Shown one piece after another: positions 10,158 through 17,779 of a DNA stretch of 50,635 nucleotides (positions are counted from its first letter, which is position 1; every line of letters begins with the position of its first letter). A program made the translations under genes and the position numbers. The notes under the pieces are model-generated. The model was given only the letters and a program-made list of their open reading frames with translations. It was not told the origin of the DNA and did not search any database. Source of the DNA: Alphaproteobacteria bacterium (GTDB lineage Bacteria > Pseudomonadota > Alphaproteobacteria > Rickettsiales > SXRF01); contig JAYULW010000046.1 of NCBI GenBank assembly GCA_043763155.1, positions 1-50,635 of the forward strand, given 5' to 3'.

Positions 10158-11075
10158 TCATTCCCCGTGTTCGATGATGCGTTTGACGACGTAATGCGGG
10201 CGGCGGCGGACCTCTAGATAGATGCGGCCCACATATTCGCCGATCAGGCCAAGGCCGGTGATTGCGATGCTGATGAGAAGGGACAGGAGCGCGTCGGTGC
10301 GGTGGCCCGTGCCGAAGAGAAGCAGCCAGAAAAAGAGGAGGGCGCTGATGGCGGACAGGCCGATGCCGACCAGCGTGAATATTTGCAACGGCACGAGCGA
10401 AGAGCTGGTCATGAGGTCGAAATTCAGGCGCAGGAGGCGGTAGAGATTATAATTCGACGTTCCGGCGGCGCGCTCTTCGTGGCCGACTTTGATTTCGGTG
10501 GGGTTGGCTGCAAAATACCAGCTTAACTCAGGGATGAAGGGGGTGGCTTCGGGGGAGGCCACGATGAGGTCCACGATTTCGCGCTTGTAGGCGCGCAGCA
10601 TGCAGCCCTGGTCTTTCATGCGCATGTGGGTGATGCGTTCGCGCAAGGCATTGCTGGCACGGGAAACGATTTTGCGCCATGGGGTGTCGTGGCGCTCGGC
10701 GCGGTAGCCGCCCACCACGTCGTGGCCTTCTTCGATTTTGGCGATGAGGGCGCCGATGTCTTCGGGCGGGTTTTGCAGGTCGCAATCCAGCGTTACGATG
10801 ATTTGGCCGCGCACGGCGGCGAAGCCCGCGATGATGGCTTTGTGCTGGCCGGCGTTGCGCATGAGCTGGATGATGCGCACCGTTTTGGGGTGGCGGGAGA
10901 AGATGTTTTCGAGCTGGGTCTGGCTTGCGTCTTTGCTGCCGTCATTGACGAAGATGACTTCGTAGCTTTTGCCTAGCGCGTCGAGCGCGGGGAAGAGGCG
11001 GGCCTCCATCAGGGGCAGGCTTTGCTCTTCGTGATAGACCGGAATGACGATGCTTATAGCGGGGTCTGTTTTCAT
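10158..11075 (-). CDS. arnC: ArnC-like GT2 undecaprenyl-phosphate sugar transferase
   Basis: SIVIPVY, FVNDGSKD, RNAGQHKAI, TLDCDLQNPPE, DQGCMLRAY, two C-terminal TM segments and GEYVGRIY..VRRRP. Confidence 0.8.
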   Translation of the reverse strand: MKTDPAISIVIPVYHEEQSLPLMEARLFPALDALGKSYEVIFVNDGSKDASQTQLENIFSRHPKTVRIIQLMRNAGQHKAIIAGFAAVRGQIIVTLDCDLQNPPEDIGALIAKIEEGHDVVGGYRAERHDTPWRKIVSRASNALRERITHMRMKDQGCMLRAYKREIVDLIVASPEATPFIPELSWYFAANPTEIKVGHEERAAGTSNYNLYRLLRLNFDLMTSSSLVPLQIFTLVGIGLSAISALLFFWLLLFGTGHRTDALLSLLISIAITGLGLIGEYVGRIYLEVRRRPHYVVKRIIEHGE

Positions 11076-11160
11076 AGGTTGAAATTAAAGCAAGTTTCTG
11101 TTGGTGCAATGTAATTCTGACGGATTGCGCGAAAGTGGGGGCGGGCTTATAGCTTATGGG

Positions 11161-12060
11161 ATGGATACTATTGTTTTTGCATATGGCGCTATGGGGTGTG
11201 CGGGGATTCGGGCGCTGAAGACGGCTGGGTACCGGATTGCGGCGGTGTATACGCATGCGGGCGACGATGCGGCGGCGGGGGAGTCGGTGGCGGCGCTGTG
11301 TGAGGGGTTGCGGATTCCGACGTTTATTTTTGAGGGGAATGAGCAAGAAGAGCTGGTGCGGATGGTGCAGATAGCACCGGATTTCCTGTTTTCGTTTTAT
11401 TACCGGGCGCTGCTGCCCGATGTGGTGCTGAGCGTGGCCAAGCGCGGGGCCTTTAACCTGCATGGGTCGCTGCTGCCTAAATACCGGGGCCGCGCGCCGG
11501 TGAACTGGGTGCTGGTTAACGGCGAAAGCGAGACGGGGGTAAGCTTGCATTATATGACGTCGCGGGCGGATGCGGGGGACATTGTGGGGCAGGCGAAAGT
11601 GGCCATTGCGGATGAGGATGACGCGCGGACGCTACAGCAGAAATTGTTGGTTGCGGGGGCGGAATTGTTGAAGGCTGTGCTGCCTTTGATTGCCAAAGGC
11701 ACGGCACCCCGGCAGGTGCAGGATCTGGCGGCGGGGAGTTATTTTGGACGCCGGACGCCGGACGATGGGCGCATTGACTGGAAACGTGGGGCGAGTGTGG
11801 TGCGCAATTTGGTGCGGGCGGTGGCGAGGCCGTTTCCGGGCGCGTTTTCGGCGGCGGCGGGGCGGAAGTTTTTGGTGTGGGAAGCGGTGATTGTGGAAGG
11901 TGCGGGTGTTGCCGGCGAGGTGGTTTCGGTTTCGCCGCTGATTGTGGCGTGTGGCGAAGGCGCGGTGTGCGTGGTGCAGGGGCAGGTGGATGATGGGGTT
12001 GTTCCGGGAGCGGTGGTTGCGGAAATGCTGGGCTTGCGTGTGGGCGAGGTGCTGGGATGA
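11161..12060 (+). CDS. Stand-alone ArnA-type UDP-L-Ara4N formyltransferase (no decarboxylase domain)
   Basis: MDTIVFAY.., PDFLFSFYYR, FNLHGSLLPKYRGRAPVNWVLVNGESETG, SYFGRRTPDDGRIDW, NLVRAV..PFPGAF; ends at about 299 aa. Confidence 0.87.
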   Translation: MDTIVFAYGAMGCAGIRALKTAGYRIAAVYTHAGDDAAAGESVAALCEGLRIPTFIFEGNEQEELVRMVQIAPDFLFSFYYRALLPDVVLSVAKRGAFNLHGSLLPKYRGRAPVNWVLVNGESETGVSLHYMTSRADAGDIVGQAKVAIADEDDARTLQQKLLVAGAELLKAVLPLIAKGTAPRQVQDLAAGSYFGRRTPDDGRIDWKRGASVVRNLVRAVARPFPGAFSAAAGRKFLVWEAVIVEGAGVAGEVVSVSPLIVACGEGAVCVVQGQVDDGVVPGAVVAEMLGLRVGEVLG

Positions 12061-12938
12061 TTGTGGGTTTGCGGGTGGATGTGGATACGACGAAAGGCAT
12101 GCGCGACGGGGTTCCGGCGCTGGTGGCGCTGCTTGCGACGCACGGCGTTCGCGCGACGTTTTTTATGAGCGTGGGGCCGGATAACATGGGGCGGCATGTG
12201 TGGCGGCTGCTGAAGCCCGCATTTTTGTGGAAGATGCTGCGCTCAGGGGCTGCGGGTTTGTATGGGTGGGATATTCTTTTGCGCGGGACATTCTGGCCTG
12301 GCAGGTTGCTCTCGCGGTTTGGGGAACAGATACGGTTTGCGCGTGATGCGGGGCATGAGATTGGGCTGCATGCGTGGGACCATTATGCGTGGCAGACGCA
12401 TGTGGCGGGGTTTTCGGAAGCGAAGATTTTAGCGCATTTGCGGCGCGGGCGTGAGGCGCTGGAGGGGATTTTGGGCGAGCGGGTGCAGTGTTCGGCGGTG
12501 CCGGGGTGGCGCTGCACGGAGAAGGTTTTGCTCGCGCAAGCGCACATGGGATTTGCGTATCATAGCGATTGCCGTGGGGTTTCGGTGTTTGCGCCGGTGG
12601 TAGAGGGTAAGATTCTGGCGCCGCAGGTGCCGGTGACGCTGCCGACCTTTGATGAGGCGGTGGGGCGCGCCAGCGTGACGGCAGAAAATTATAATGATTT
12701 TATTTTGGGCGCGCTGAAACCTGTGGGGTTGAATGTGTATACCATTCACGCTGAAGTAGAGGGTGGAAGCCAGCTTGACGCGTTTGACGCGCTGTTGCGC
12801 ACGGCGAAAGCGCGCGGCGTGCGATTTGTGCCTTTGCGTGAAGTTTTGCCTGAGAATGCGCCTAAGGGGCGCGTGGTGTTGGCGCCGATGGGCGGGCGCG
12901 AGGGGTGGGTTGCGCAGCAGGGTGATGCGGCCGCATAA
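12057..12938 (+). CDS. arnD: 4-deoxy-4-formamido-L-arabinose-phosphoundecaprenol deformylase-like
   Basis: VGLRVDVDT, FFMSVGPDNMGRH.WRL, HEIGLHAWDH, AVPGW, TLPTFDE, VYTIHAEVEG. Confidence 0.88.
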   Translation: MIVGLRVDVDTTKGMRDGVPALVALLATHGVRATFFMSVGPDNMGRHVWRLLKPAFLWKMLRSGAAGLYGWDILLRGTFWPGRLLSRFGEQIRFARDAGHEIGLHAWDHYAWQTHVAGFSEAKILAHLRRGREALEGILGERVQCSAVPGWRCTEKVLLAQAHMGFAYHSDCRGVSVFAPVVEGKILAPQVPVTLPTFDEAVGRASVTAENYNDFILGALKPVGLNVYTIHAEVEGGSQLDAFDALLRTAKARGVRFVPLREVLPENAPKGRVVLAPMGGREGWVAQQGDAAA

Positions 12939-12963
12939 TATTCGGCATAATATTCGGGCATAA
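12933..12963 (+). repeat. 12-bp tandem duplication over the arnD stop codon
   Basis: GCATAATATTCG at 12933 and 12945, with a partial third copy GCATAA at 12958. Confidence 0.75.
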
Positions 12964-12996
12964 AAAAAGGGCTGGCGGTGTGCCAGCCCTTTTTTT
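12962..12996. terminator. Bidirectional intrinsic terminator
   Basis: A7-GGGCTGGC-GGTGT-GCCAGCCC-T7 between the converging arnD and 13009-13977 genes. Confidence 0.9.
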
Positions 12997-13008
12997 ATGT
13001 GTGGTGCG

Positions 13009-13977
13009 TTATACCTGCATGCCGGAATCGGGGCCTTTGATTACGGCACCGGGAGCGGCTTGCTTCTGGCCGCCATCCAGCGGGGTTTTGGCGTTCATTG
13101 CCACTTCCAGGGTCGGGAATTTTTCCGGCGATGCAAGCGCGGATACTTTTTCACCGAATTTCTTCACGCCGCCGGGAGCGGGTGCGTCGGGGCCTTTGGC
13201 GTCGTTCAGGGCGCCTTCGATGGCTTCCTTGATTTTGTCGGCATCGCCACCGGCGTCTTTGACTGCCTGAATGACTTTCTTGGCACCGGCGGGGTTCTTG
13301 GCGGTAGCGGTTAAGGCTTCTACCAGAAGGTCGGGGTTATCCTGAAGCACTTTAACAGCTTCTGGCGGCAGCTCTTTCATGAGCAGGTCGGTTGCCTTGT
13401 TTACTTTGTCGGCAGCGCCTTTGATGGTGTCGGTTGCGCCGTAACGCTTGGCGTTGTTGCCGGACACGCTGTATTTGCCCTGACCATCGGTCTGGCCTGC
13501 GGCTTCGCGGGCTTTCTGCTCGATGGCGGCATTGGCGATTTCTTCTTTGATAGTGCCGCCTGCTTCGATGCGTGCCAGCGCTTCACCCATTTTCGCCCTT
13601 ACATCGGCGGGTTTGGGTTTGTCGCCGCCATTGGCTGCGGAGAGGTTGGCGATTACGAGGCGGGCAAGGGCCTGGCCTTCGTTGCCGGTGATCTGCACCT
13701 TGTTGCCGCCAGCTACATAATTCGCGACGGGCTTGCCCTGGCCGGGGTTGGTCAAGGCGGGGTTTGCGATGGTGTTGTCCACAATCTGGTCCATGCGGGT
13801 TTTTGCGTCGTCCGCATTTTTAGGAGCGCCTTCGAGGCTGTCGCCGCCAGGAGCGCCACGCGATTGCATGTCGTTCTTCACGTCGTCGTTGTTTTTCAGG
13901 CCACGGTCATCGCGGTATTTGCGAATTTTATCAATGGCACCTTTTTGCTGGTTATTAAAACGACTGCCGTCACCCAT
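13009..13977 (-). CDS. Hypothetical Ala/Lys/Gly/Asp-rich protein (paralogue 1)
   Basis: 322 aa, AGGAG RBS, own terminator, no Cys/Trp/His, no signal peptide or TM segment. Shares ordered blocks with 14229-15047. Confidence 0.88.
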   Translation of the reverse strand: MGDGSRFNNQQKGAIDKIRKYRDDRGLKNNDDVKNDMQSRGAPGGDSLEGAPKNADDAKTRMDQIVDNTIANPALTNPGQGKPVANYVAGGNKVQITGNEGQALARLVIANLSAANGGDKPKPADVRAKMGEALARIEAGGTIKEEIANAAIEQKAREAAGQTDGQGKYSVSGNNAKRYGATDTIKGAADKVNKATDLLMKELPPEAVKVLQDNPDLLVEALTATAKNPAGAKKVIQAVKDAGGDADKIKEAIEGALNDAKGPDAPAPGGVKKFGEKVSALASPEKFPTLEVAMNAKTPLDGGQKQAAPGAVIKGPDSGMQV

Positions 13978-14044
13978 ATACGTCTCCTGTTATTCGTGTT
14001 TCGGTTTTCCTAGAGAGGCCTATCGGTGCCACCCGTATGCTATA

Positions 14045-14091
14045 AGAATATCATGCAAAATGCTTAAAAACTGTGAACAAATTGTTACAAT
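14045..14091 (-). promoter_or_regulatory. Putative promoter: operator box plus extended -10
   Basis: Minus strand GTAACAATTTGTTCAC-N19-TGATATTCT; same architecture as 15149-15195. Confidence 0.65.
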
Positions 14092-14179
14092 TGGCAGTTT
14101 GTGATTTTGTTGTATTTCAGTGTGTTGCTAATCTTTATGGCTTAGGGCAAGGGTTCTTAAGGGAGTTCTTAACAAGCAT

Positions 14180-14216
14180 AAAAAAAGGCTGGCGGGGATG
14201 CCGCCAGCCTTTTTTT
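14180..14216. terminator. Intrinsic terminator of paralogue 2
   Basis: A7-GGCTGGCGG-GGATG-CCGCCAGCC-T7; stem related to the 12962-12996 terminator. Confidence 0.9.
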
Positions 14217-14228
14217 CGTGTCTTCGGA

Positions 14229-15047
14229 TTAGCTCAGGGCGATTTTGCCGCCGGTCTGTGCCATGCCGCCAATGAGGCCAGCCACGTCTTTGGCAGACGT
14301 CGTAGCTTTGTCATTGCTTACAATCACGGTGTCTTTGTTGATGTTCATGGCGGAAACTTTTACTTTCGCGCCCAGGTCGTCGAGGATGCCCTGTGCTTTT
14401 ACTTTATCGCCATCATCTACGGCTTTGTTGAGCTTCTTGGCAAAGTCTTTGTCTTTGCCGGCTTCGATCAACATGCCTGCCTGCTTGTCAGCGAGGTCTT
14501 TTACAGCGTCTTCACCCAGAAGGGCTGCTGCTTTTTCGAAGGCTTCCATGTTGCCTTTGGCTTCGGTGCGGAAACCAGCGAGCTTTGCAGTGCGCGTGGT
14601 GCCCATGGCAGCAATCTTTTCGTCGGTGAGCTTCATACCGATCTTGGCGTCGTCGGCGATGGCGCCGGCGGCTTCGTTAGCGGCATATTCTTTCAAAGCG
14701 GAATCCAGTTTGGCCTGGAATGCTGCTTTTACGCCTTGGGGAGAAGCGAGGATTTCGTCAAATGCTTTGCCCATTTCTTTTTTAGCAGCCGCACCGGTGG
14801 TGCGCTTGCCGAGCTTTGCTTCTTCGTTTGCTACCAGTACGGTGGCCAGGGAGTCCAGATCGCCGTAGCTCAGGTTGCCGCTCAGGCTTGCGCCGGCTTT
14901 CTTGCCGAATGCTGCCTTGGGGGTGACTTTTTCCATCTGGCCAGCGTCTTTGTTGTAATCATGCTCGCCGCCGCGGCTGCCAATGCGATCGCCTACGAAT
15001 CCAAAAGCGTCTTTAAGGTCTTTGTTGCTACCAGTAACTTCAGCCAT
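14229..15047 (-). CDS. Hypothetical Ala/Lys/Gly/Asp-rich protein (paralogue 2)
   Basis: 272 aa, AAGGAG RBS, own terminator, no Cys/Trp, frequent GCT/GCA/AAA codons, no signal peptide. Confidence 0.88.
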   Translation of the reverse strand: MAEVTGSNKDLKDAFGFVGDRIGSRGGEHDYNKDAGQMEKVTPKAAFGKKAGASLSGNLSYGDLDSLATVLVANEEAKLGKRTTGAAAKKEMGKAFDEILASPQGVKAAFQAKLDSALKEYAANEAAGAIADDAKIGMKLTDEKIAAMGTTRTAKLAGFRTEAKGNMEAFEKAAALLGEDAVKDLADKQAGMLIEAGKDKDFAKKLNKAVDDGDKVKAQGILDDLGAKVKVSAMNINKDTVIVSNDKATTSAKDVAGLIGGMAQTGGKIALS

Positions 15048-15148
15048 TTTCGTGCTCCTTATAAATTATATAGAGTATGTAGTCTGAACTACCCCGATCA
15101 TCCGGGCCGTGAATTTTAACAGCCGCGCCTCCGTGAGGGCGGTTGTGT

Positions 15149-15195
15149 AAATTATCACGTACCGTAGCAAAGAAAAGTGAAACAATTGTTACGAT
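15149..15195 (-). promoter_or_regulatory. Putative promoter: operator box plus extended -10
   Basis: Minus strand GTAACAATTGTTTCAC-N19-TGATAATTT; 16/19 identical to the box at 14073-14091. Confidence 0.65.
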
Positions 15196-15482
15196 CTCTT
15201 AACCAAGAGGCGGATTTTACATTTTTTTATGACCGTTAATATTAAAGAGAGATTACCGAAAAAGATTGTTTTCTTGTTATTCGGTCGCTTATTTTTTAAA
15301 AACCTCCAAAATCCGTCATATAATTGTCACAAATTACCAGTGTATTCCGGGGCATGACTTGTGTAAGATGAGATGGTCTGCAAATGAGGCTTTGTTCCTC
15401 GCAGATATTTTGGTTAGCACTCTATGTCCTTTGAGATATTCAGTGCTTTATTATTAAGTCTACTTTGTAAGGACTAACTACT

Positions 15483-15845
15483 ATGAAAACCCAGACCAAA
15501 GACTTAAGCCTGACTTGGCAGATCTGCCTGATGGTAATGTTGAGCGCAGTTATCGTGATGATGCCTGACTTCGCATATGCCGCATCCTCCAACACCCCCA
15601 TGGGTAACGTACTTTGTACCGTTCTCGCATGGTTTACCGGCAACACCGGTAAGGGTCTTGCCACCATCGCCGTAACTGTTATCGGCGTTGGCGCATTGCT
15701 CGGTAAAGTATCTTGGGGTATGGCCATGATCGTGGGTATCGGCGTTGCAATCGTGTTCGGTGCCGCTGGCATCGTGAACGCAATGGGCGGCGGCGTAACC
15801 GGCATCACCGGTAACGGTACCGCAGCAGCAGCTACTACCTGCTAA
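15483..15845 (+). CDS. virB2: TrbC/VirB2-family type IV secretion pilin
   Basis: Long signal peptide ending in AYA, then LC....WFTG..GKGLATIAV..IG.GALLGKVSW..A..V..GVAIVFGA with two hydrophobic helices. AAGGA RBS and own terminator. Resembles rickettsial RvhB2 pilins. Confidence 0.9.
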   Translation: MKTQTKDLSLTWQICLMVMLSAVIVMMPDFAYAASSNTPMGNVLCTVLAWFTGNTGKGLATIAVTVIGVGALLGKVSWGMAMIVGIGVAIVFGAAGIVNAMGGGVTGITGNGTAAAATTC

Positions 15846-15864
15846 TTGCTACGAGACAAAAAGG

Positions 15865-15899
15865 AAAGGCCTTCCGGGAAACCGGGAGGCCTTTTTTTT
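15865..15899 (+). terminator. Intrinsic terminator of virB2
   Basis: AAAGGCCTTCCGG-GAAA-CCGGGAGGCC followed by a T8 run. Confidence 0.92.
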
Positions 15900-15902
15900 G
15901 GT

Positions 15903-16084
15903 CTTTATAGAAGTGCGCTCAAGCGCCGCGCATGCTGCGCGCCGCAATGGCGCTAGTCGTCGTATAGGACTCCTCCGGTGCTTGCTTTGGGGGGCTTTAT
16001 AGAAGTGCGCTCAAGCGCCGCGCATGCTGTACGCCGCAATGGCGCTAGTCGTCGTTTAGGACTCCTCCGGTGCTTGCTTTGGGG
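15903..16084. repeat. Two tandem copies of a 92-bp structured element
   Basis: Copies start at 15903 and 15995 and differ at 3 positions over 90 bp; multiple internal inverted repeats. Confidence 0.95.
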
Positions 16085-16155
16085 TTTTGGGTTAGGCGTC
16101 ACTTAGGCAGCACTGTTCAATGCGGTAGTGGTGGGGAGTGCTTGTCTGGTTTGCG

Positions 16156-17013
16156 CTACTGCTGTTTGGCGGCGGCGCGTTTTTTCTGGCGGGCGCGCTT
16201 GATCCAGTCGGGGTTGGTGGTGAAGGTGCCGACGACTTCGGCTTGCGCGAGGATGTGGGTGCGCATGGCGACGACGGCTTGTTTGCCTTTGACGGGGCTG
16301 GGGAGCTTCAGGGTGGGGATGTCCAGCGCATAGACGGTGAAGTGGTAATTATGGATGCGCTCGTCGTTCCACGGCGGGCAGGGGCCGTCGTAGCCGCCAT
16401 GGTCGCCGGCGGACATCATGGCGTAATCGTTCTGGCCGCTGGTGCCGTAAGGCTTGGTGCCCAGTGTTTTACCGCCGGGGGTGATGCCGTTGCTGTCGCG
16501 CCCTTCAAGCAGGCCGCCGATATTGGGCGGAATATCTACGAGTACCCAATGATAAAAATCCTGCCGGGGGGCGTTGGCGGCGATGCTTTGATGCGGCACG
16601 TTGGCATTTTCAAAGCTTGCGGGCACGTCTTTATCCACGACAAGCACCACCAGCGACTTGGTGCCGGTGGGCGGCGGCGACCATTTGATCGCGGGGTTGA
16701 TGTTGGCGGCGTCACGCGTGCCGCCGCTGCCGTTGCTGGTGCAATAGGTGAAGCGCGGCGGAATATTTTTGCCCGTAGTGATGCCATCAACAGACATGGT
16801 GAAGGCGGTAAGCGCATCTTCGTTGGCTTTGGATTTTTTGTCGGCGGTGGTGACGCGCGTGGTTTTGACTTTGTCTTGTGTGGCTTTGATGCTGCTGCGC
16901 ATGCCTGCCTTGCTGGTGGGCTGGTAGCGTTCGAGGAAGGTTTTTTGCGCATAGGCACTTCCGGCCATCAGGCTGGTGATCAGGAAGGTTGCGGTCAGGG
17001 TGGAGGTGCGCAT
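16156..17013 (-). CDS. Exported YbhB/YbcL (PEBP/RKIP-like) family protein
   Basis: Signal peptide (..GSAYA), NINPAIKWS.PP.GTKS, FYHWVLVDIP, GYDGPCPPWNDERIHNYHFTVYALD. Confidence 0.9.
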   Translation of the reverse strand: MRTSTLTATFLITSLMAGSAYAQKTFLERYQPTSKAGMRSSIKATQDKVKTTRVTTADKKSKANEDALTAFTMSVDGITTGKNIPPRFTYCTSNGSGGTRDAANINPAIKWSPPPTGTKSLVVLVVDKDVPASFENANVPHQSIAANAPRQDFYHWVLVDIPPNIGGLLEGRDSNGITPGGKTLGTKPYGTSGQNDYAMMSAGDHGGYDGPCPPWNDERIHNYHFTVYALDIPTLKLPSPVKGKQAVVAMRTHILAQAEVVGTFTTNPDWIKRARQKKRAAAKQQ

Positions 17014-17201
17014 TACTCTGAAATCCTTGGTGGGCCAATGGGTTGGGCGGCCCTTAGGTGTGGTGGGTATGGTTTATTATACCTACAAAATATGGATGCT
17101 GCAAAGTATTGCGTGGGGGCGCGTAAATCTTAGTTGGGAAACTTGAAAAACTGCGCTAAAAGCCTATTTATACGCAAAACACCTTTGCAAGGCAGGCCTT
17201 C

Positions 17202-17753
17202 ATGTTTATTCAAACCGAAGCTACACCAAACCCTTTGACGCTGAAATTCGTTCCCGGCGTGGATGTGCTGGGAACCGGCACCGCGTTTTTTACCAGCAGC
17301 AATGATGCGCAACACTCGCCGTTGGCGCTGGCGCTGTTTCGCATTGAAGACGTAACGGCGGTATTCCTTGGCAGCGATTTCATCACGGTTACCAAGTCGG
17401 TGGATTCGAGCTGGGACGTGCTGAAGCCGCTGCTGCTCACAGGCATTATGGATCATTTCGTGGCCGGAAAGCCGGTGCTGGAAGCCAAGGACCACGCGTC
17501 GGTGCCTAGCGGCGAAGACGAGAGCGAGCTGGTGAAGCAGATCCGCGAACTGATTGACACGCGGGTGCGCCCGGCGGTTGCGCAAGACGGCGGCGATATT
17601 ATTTTCCGCGGGTTTGAAGACGGCATCGTGCAGCTTGAGCTGCATGGGTCCTGCTCTGGTTGCCCCAGCTCCACCATTACGCTTAAGAACGGCATTGAGA
17701 CCATGCTTAAGCATTACGTTCCCGAAGTGATCGCCGTTGAAGCGGTCGTGTAA
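17202..17753 (+). CDS. NfuA/NifU-like Fe-S cluster carrier
   Basis: MFIQTEATPNP.TLKF Nfu N-domain, RVRPAVAQDGGDI, GSCSGCPSS CxxC motif. Confidence 0.95.
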   Translation: MFIQTEATPNPLTLKFVPGVDVLGTGTAFFTSSNDAQHSPLALALFRIEDVTAVFLGSDFITVTKSVDSSWDVLKPLLLTGIMDHFVAGKPVLEAKDHASVPSGEDESELVKQIRELIDTRVRPAVAQDGGDIIFRGFEDGIVQLELHGSCSGCPSSTITLKNGIETMLKHYVPEVIAVEAVV

Positions 17754-17779
17754 TCCTTTTTTCCTTAGATTGAGCCGAT

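Noticed and set aside
14157-14173. CtrA box
   Set aside because: TTAA-N8-TTAAC has the wrong spacing (consensus N7). A TTAA-N7-TTAC at 15242-15256 has a mismatch and lies in AT-rich DNA, so neither is called.
14073-15119. 348-aa plus-strand Phe-rich ORF
   Set aside because: Mirror of the Lys/Glu-rich minus-strand gene, which has the RBS, promoter, terminator and a paralogue.
15414-15449. CIRCE (HrcA) element upstream of virB2
   Set aside because: The left arm TTAGCACTC is perfect, but the right arm (CAGTGCTTT) is degenerate and 18 nt away rather than 9.
15266-15457. 63-aa ORF in the spacer upstream of virB2
   Set aside because: TTG start, no RBS, AT-rich regulatory-looking DNA and atypical codons.
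15932-16059. 11-codon ORFs in each repeat copy (MLRAAMALVVV / MLYAAMALVVV)
   Set aside because: No RBS and too short to support; conservation is explained by the recent duplication. Ribosome profiling would be needed.
15903-16084. CRISPR array or tRNA
   Set aside because: Only two contiguous 92-bp units with no unique spacers and no cas genes; no T-loop/D-loop consensus or CCA end.
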